29,149 nt of DNA, taken from positions 1 to 29,149 of the forward strand of contig JBFGLM010000054.1 in NCBI GenBank assembly GCA_041576165.1, written 5' to 3'. Below are positions 26,513-29,149 of this stretch, piece after piece. Within the stretch, counting starts at the first letter, position 1. Each line of letters begins with the position of its first letter. A model generated the notes under the pieces. It saw nothing but the letters and a program-made list of their open reading frames with translations. It was not told the DNA's origin and made no database searches. Source of the DNA: Acidimicrobiia bacterium (GTDB lineage Bacteria; Actinomycetota; Acidimicrobiia; Spongiisociales; Spongiisociaceae). The translations under genes and the position numbers were made by a program.

Positions 26513-27541
26513 TCAGCCGGCCGGTCGCCGTGGGGTTCCCCGACCGGCCAGGTATTCCCCCACGACCTCTTCCACGAGCGTTATTGGTCTCGTCCACGCC
26601 TCTTCCCGGCCGTACTGTTCGGTGAGCACGGTCACGGTCACTCCCGCCGGAACCGCCACCTCCTCGGCACAGTTGCCCACTACGACCAGCACGGGAACAT
26701 CCGCTCGAACGGCCGCATCACACACACCTCCCACCACCTTGCCTGCAAAGGATCCGGCGTCCAGCCGGCCCTCACCCGTCACCGCAGCATCCGCCGAACG
26801 GAGGGCGGAGCCGAGCCCGGCGGCGCCCGCCAGCAACTCGAAGCCCGACACGATCCGGCCCCCAACCGCCGCGAGGCCGCCGGCAAGGCCGCCGGCCGCC
26901 CCGCCGCCCGGTAGGTGGATCACGTCAACTCCGAACTCCTCGGCATACCGGCGGGCCACGCGTACGAGGCGGCCATGCAGCCTGGCGACGACTTCGGGGG
27001 TCGCGCCCTTTTGAGGGCCGAACATCTCAGCCGCCTCGACAAAGGTGGTGCGCACATCGGCGGCTGCTACGAGCTCCGTCTGGTGGAGCCGTGGGTGATC
27101 GGCGAGCTCCTCCACCGCGCCCAGGCCGCCGTCCGTCGTCGCAGAGCCTCCCAGGAACACGACGACCCGATCGGCGCCCTCATCCAGCGCGGCCCGAATC
27201 AACTGTCCGGTCCCCCTGGTGCTCGCCGCCAGCGGGTCGTTCGCCACCGGCCCACCGGCTAGCCCCAGACCGGAGGCAGCAGCCATTTCGATATACGCGG
27301 TGGCGCCCTCCCGGCGCCAGGAAGCGTCGACCGGGCGGCCCAGCGGGTCGGACACCCGGGTCACCCGGTTGGGACCACCGAGAACCTCGAGTGATCCCTC
27401 GCCGCCGTCGGCGAGAGGAACGCGCACGGCCGCCCAGCCGGATTCCTTTGCCGCCCGTGCCCCGGCGTCGGTCAGCTCTCGAGCCGTTGCCGTCCCCCGG
27501 TACTTGTCGAAAGCCAGCACAACCGACGCCTGATCCCTCAC
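26513..27541 (-). CDS. glxK: Glycerate kinase (GlxK/GarK class I)
   Basis: AFDKYRGT, ADGGEG, GGSATTDGG, FGPQKGA, GGGAAGG, TGEGRLD..S..GK. Start taken at GTG 27541. Confidence 0.88.
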   Translation of the reverse strand: MRDQASVVLAFDKYRGTATARELTDAGARAAKESGWAAVRVPLADGGEGSLEVLGGPNRVTRVSDPLGRPVDASWRREGATAYIEMAAASGLGLAGGPVANDPLAASTRGTGQLIRAALDEGADRVVVFLGGSATTDGGLGAVEELADHPRLHQTELVAAADVRTTFVEAAEMFGPQKGATPEVVARLHGRLVRVARRYAEEFGVDVIHLPGGGAAGGLAGGLAAVGGRIVSGFELLAGAAGLGSALRSADAAVTGEGRLDAGSFAGKVVGGVCDAAVRADVPVLVVVGNCAEEVAVPAGVTVTVLTEQYGREEAWTRPITLVEEVVGEYLAGRGTPRRPAG

Positions 27542-27542
27542 G

Positions 27543-28286
27543 TCAGGCAGCGGGATCTCCGAGCAGATCCCAGATCTGGGCCGCGGCCGACCGGAACCCG
27601 GGTTCTTGGACCATGCTGGCGTCCCGCGGCCTCGGCAGATCGACCGTGACGGTTCCCGCAATATGCCCGGGCGGGCCCGACATCACACTCACCTGGTCGC
27701 TCACGATGATCGCCTCGTCGATGTCGTGGGTGACGATCAGATACGTGCGTGGCTCGAGCTGCCAGTGCGTCTCCAGCTCCTCCCACATCTTGCGGCGTGT
27801 GATGGCGTCCAGCGGGCCGAACGGCTCGTCGAGCAACATCACATCTGCGTCATGGACGAAAGCCCGGCCGAATGCAACCCGCGTCTGCTCGCCCATCGAC
27901 AGATGGCCCGCACGCCGCCGCCCGAGTTCGCTGAGACCGAGCCGCTCGGTCACGTATCGCACCGTCTTGGTGTAGAGCGGCTCTCTGATGCCCCGGAACT
28001 CGGCGCTCATGCCGATGTTCCGGTCGACGGTCCACTGCCGCAGCAGGCTGGGCGTCTGGAACACCATGGCCGTCTTGTGGGGATGCTTCCGCTCGCCGCG
28101 GAAGCGAACGGTGCCCCGGCGGGGCTCGGCCAGCCCGCCGAGTATTCGCAACAGGGTCGACTTGCCGCACCCGCTCGGGCCCAGGATCGAATGAACAGTG
28201 CCCTCTGTGACCGACAGGCTGACGCCCGCCAAGGCCCGGGTTCCATCCTTGTACTCGAACCAGACGTCGTCGACATCGAGATGCAC
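27543..28286 (-). CDS. ABC transporter ATP-binding protein, NitT/TauT family
   Basis: Walker A GPSGCGKS, Q-loop MVFQ, signature LSMGE, Walker B LLDEPF, VTHDIDEA, C-terminal VDLPRPR. Start at GTG 28286 after AAGGA; the track's N-terminal extension is not protein-like. Confidence 0.88.
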   Translation of the reverse strand: MHLDVDDVWFEYKDGTRALAGVSLSVTEGTVHSILGPSGCGKSTLLRILGGLAEPRRGTVRFRGERKHPHKTAMVFQTPSLLRQWTVDRNIGMSAEFRGIREPLYTKTVRYVTERLGLSELGRRRAGHLSMGEQTRVAFGRAFVHDADVMLLDEPFGPLDAITRRKMWEELETHWQLEPRTYLIVTHDIDEAIIVSDQVSVMSGPPGHIAGTVTVDLPRPRDASMVQEPGFRSAAAQIWDLLGDPAA

Positions 28287-28369
28287 GGCCGGCTTCCTTG
28301 ATTGCTGCCGCCAGGATATGCCGTGGTCGGTGCGAGATGTGCGCTTCGGGCCGCGCACCGTCCCACGTC

Positions 28370-28507
28370 GACGGGATCCTCGAAAAGGGACGGCTCGGCC
28401 ACGCCTGGCGAGTCGCCGAGCCTCCCGGTGACGAACGTCGCGATCAGCGCGTTCAGCTCGACGAGCTGACCTGCGTCGTACCGCAGACAGAGATCTGCTC
28501 CTTCCAC
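28370..28507 (-). pseudogene. Possible C-terminal remnant of an AhpD/CMD-like gene
   Basis: ADLCLRYDAGQLVELNALIATFVTGRLGD resembles the 'L..Y...QLVEL..LIA.F...R' C-terminal helix of AhpD-like proteins. No N-terminal part present. Confidence 0.35.
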
Positions 28508-28530
28508 GAGTTGGCATAAACTGAGTAGCT

Positions 28531-29149
28531 ATGACGACGCAGGCCACGCGGGGCCGTCCCCGCAAATTTGACGCAGACGTCGCCCTGGACAGCGCAGTCG
28601 AGCTCTTTTGGGATCGCGGGTACCGGGCAACCACCACCCGAGACCTGGAACGCGCCCTCGGGATCGGACAATCGAGCCTGTACAACGCATTTGGCTCCAA
28701 ACAGGATCTGCTCATGCGCGCCATCGACCGCTACGAAGCGCGCGTCGAGGAGGAGTTGTTCGGGATCCTCGCTCGCGATGACGACGGCTACAAAGCCCTC
28801 GGGGCGTTCTTCACAGAGCTCGCGGACTGGATAGTCCGCAATGGGCATCGGGGATGCATGGTCGTCAACTTGATGACCATGGAGAACGGCGACCCGGTCA
28901 TCATCACCCGCGTACAGGCGTACCGCCAGAAAATCCGCTCCGGCCTGAATGATGCGCTGTCACGGATCCCCGGCCTGGCTGGAGACCAGATCCAGTTGCG
29001 GGCGGAGCTGCTACTTGCGGCCGTCCTGGGCCTCCACATAACGGCCCGCACCGCCACCGGCACAACCGAGGTGGAGGCCATCGTCGCCGCGATCTGTGAG
29101 CAGATCGCGGCCTGGAAAGCCAGCGACGGCGCGCCGGCCCCTACTACCG
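28531..29149 (+). CDS. TetR/AcrR family regulator (NemR/ComR-like); runs off the right edge
   Basis: Not in the track because it has no stop in the window. Manual translation: MTTQATRGRPRKFDADVALDSAVELFWDRGYRATTTRDLERALGIGQSSLYNAFGSKQDL...GCMVVN. Confidence 0.93.
   Translation, partial: MTTQATRGRPRKFDADVALDSAVELFWDRGYRATTTRDLERALGIGQSSLYNAFGSKQDLLMRAIDRYEARVEEELFGILARDDDGYKALGAFFTELADWIVRNGHRGCMVVNLMTMENGDPVIITRVQAYRQKIRSGLNDALSRIPGLAGDQIQLRAELLLAAVLGLHITARTATGTTEVEAIVAAICEQIAAWKASDGAPAPTT

Noticed and set aside
28287-28724. N-terminal extension of the ABC ATPase in the ORF track
   Set aside because: Arg-rich and not protein-like, overlaps the divergent TetR; a better start with RBS exists at 28286.

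Overview
GC-rich bacterial chromosomal window of about 31 protein-coding genes. Gene content and promoter style suggest Actinomycetota, possibly Acidimicrobiia (inference). I found no rRNA, tRNA, CRISPR array or mobile element. From left to right it holds: the 5' end of a 2-oxo-acid dehydrogenase E2 gene and lpdA; a 30-codon membrane peptide and a GT2 converging on a tightly coupled five-gene CDP-sugar operon with two C-methyltransferase-type genes; a degenerate dodecin coupled to an MBL hydrolase; a luciferase-like monooxygenase with an SMP-30 lactonase; an APH/ACAD10-like kinase, a CMD-family protein and an alpha/beta hydrolase; a coupled five-gene operon of unknown function; two acyl-CoA dehydrogenases with a divergent TetR; a beta-propeller lipoprotein, a Tat-exported amidase, an F420-type LLM and YbaK; an isolated sufC-sufS pair; glycerate kinase, an orphan NitT/TauT ATPase, a possible AhpD/CMD remnant and a TetR running off the right edge. 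Seven genes show a leaderless -10/ATG arrangement. The best candidates for undescribed biology are the unknown five-gene operon (13902-15845), a possible lactone/4-hydroxyacid catabolic route, the dodecin lacking its flavin-binding residues and the double-methyltransferase sugar module. All calls come from motif recognition by eye; no searches were run.
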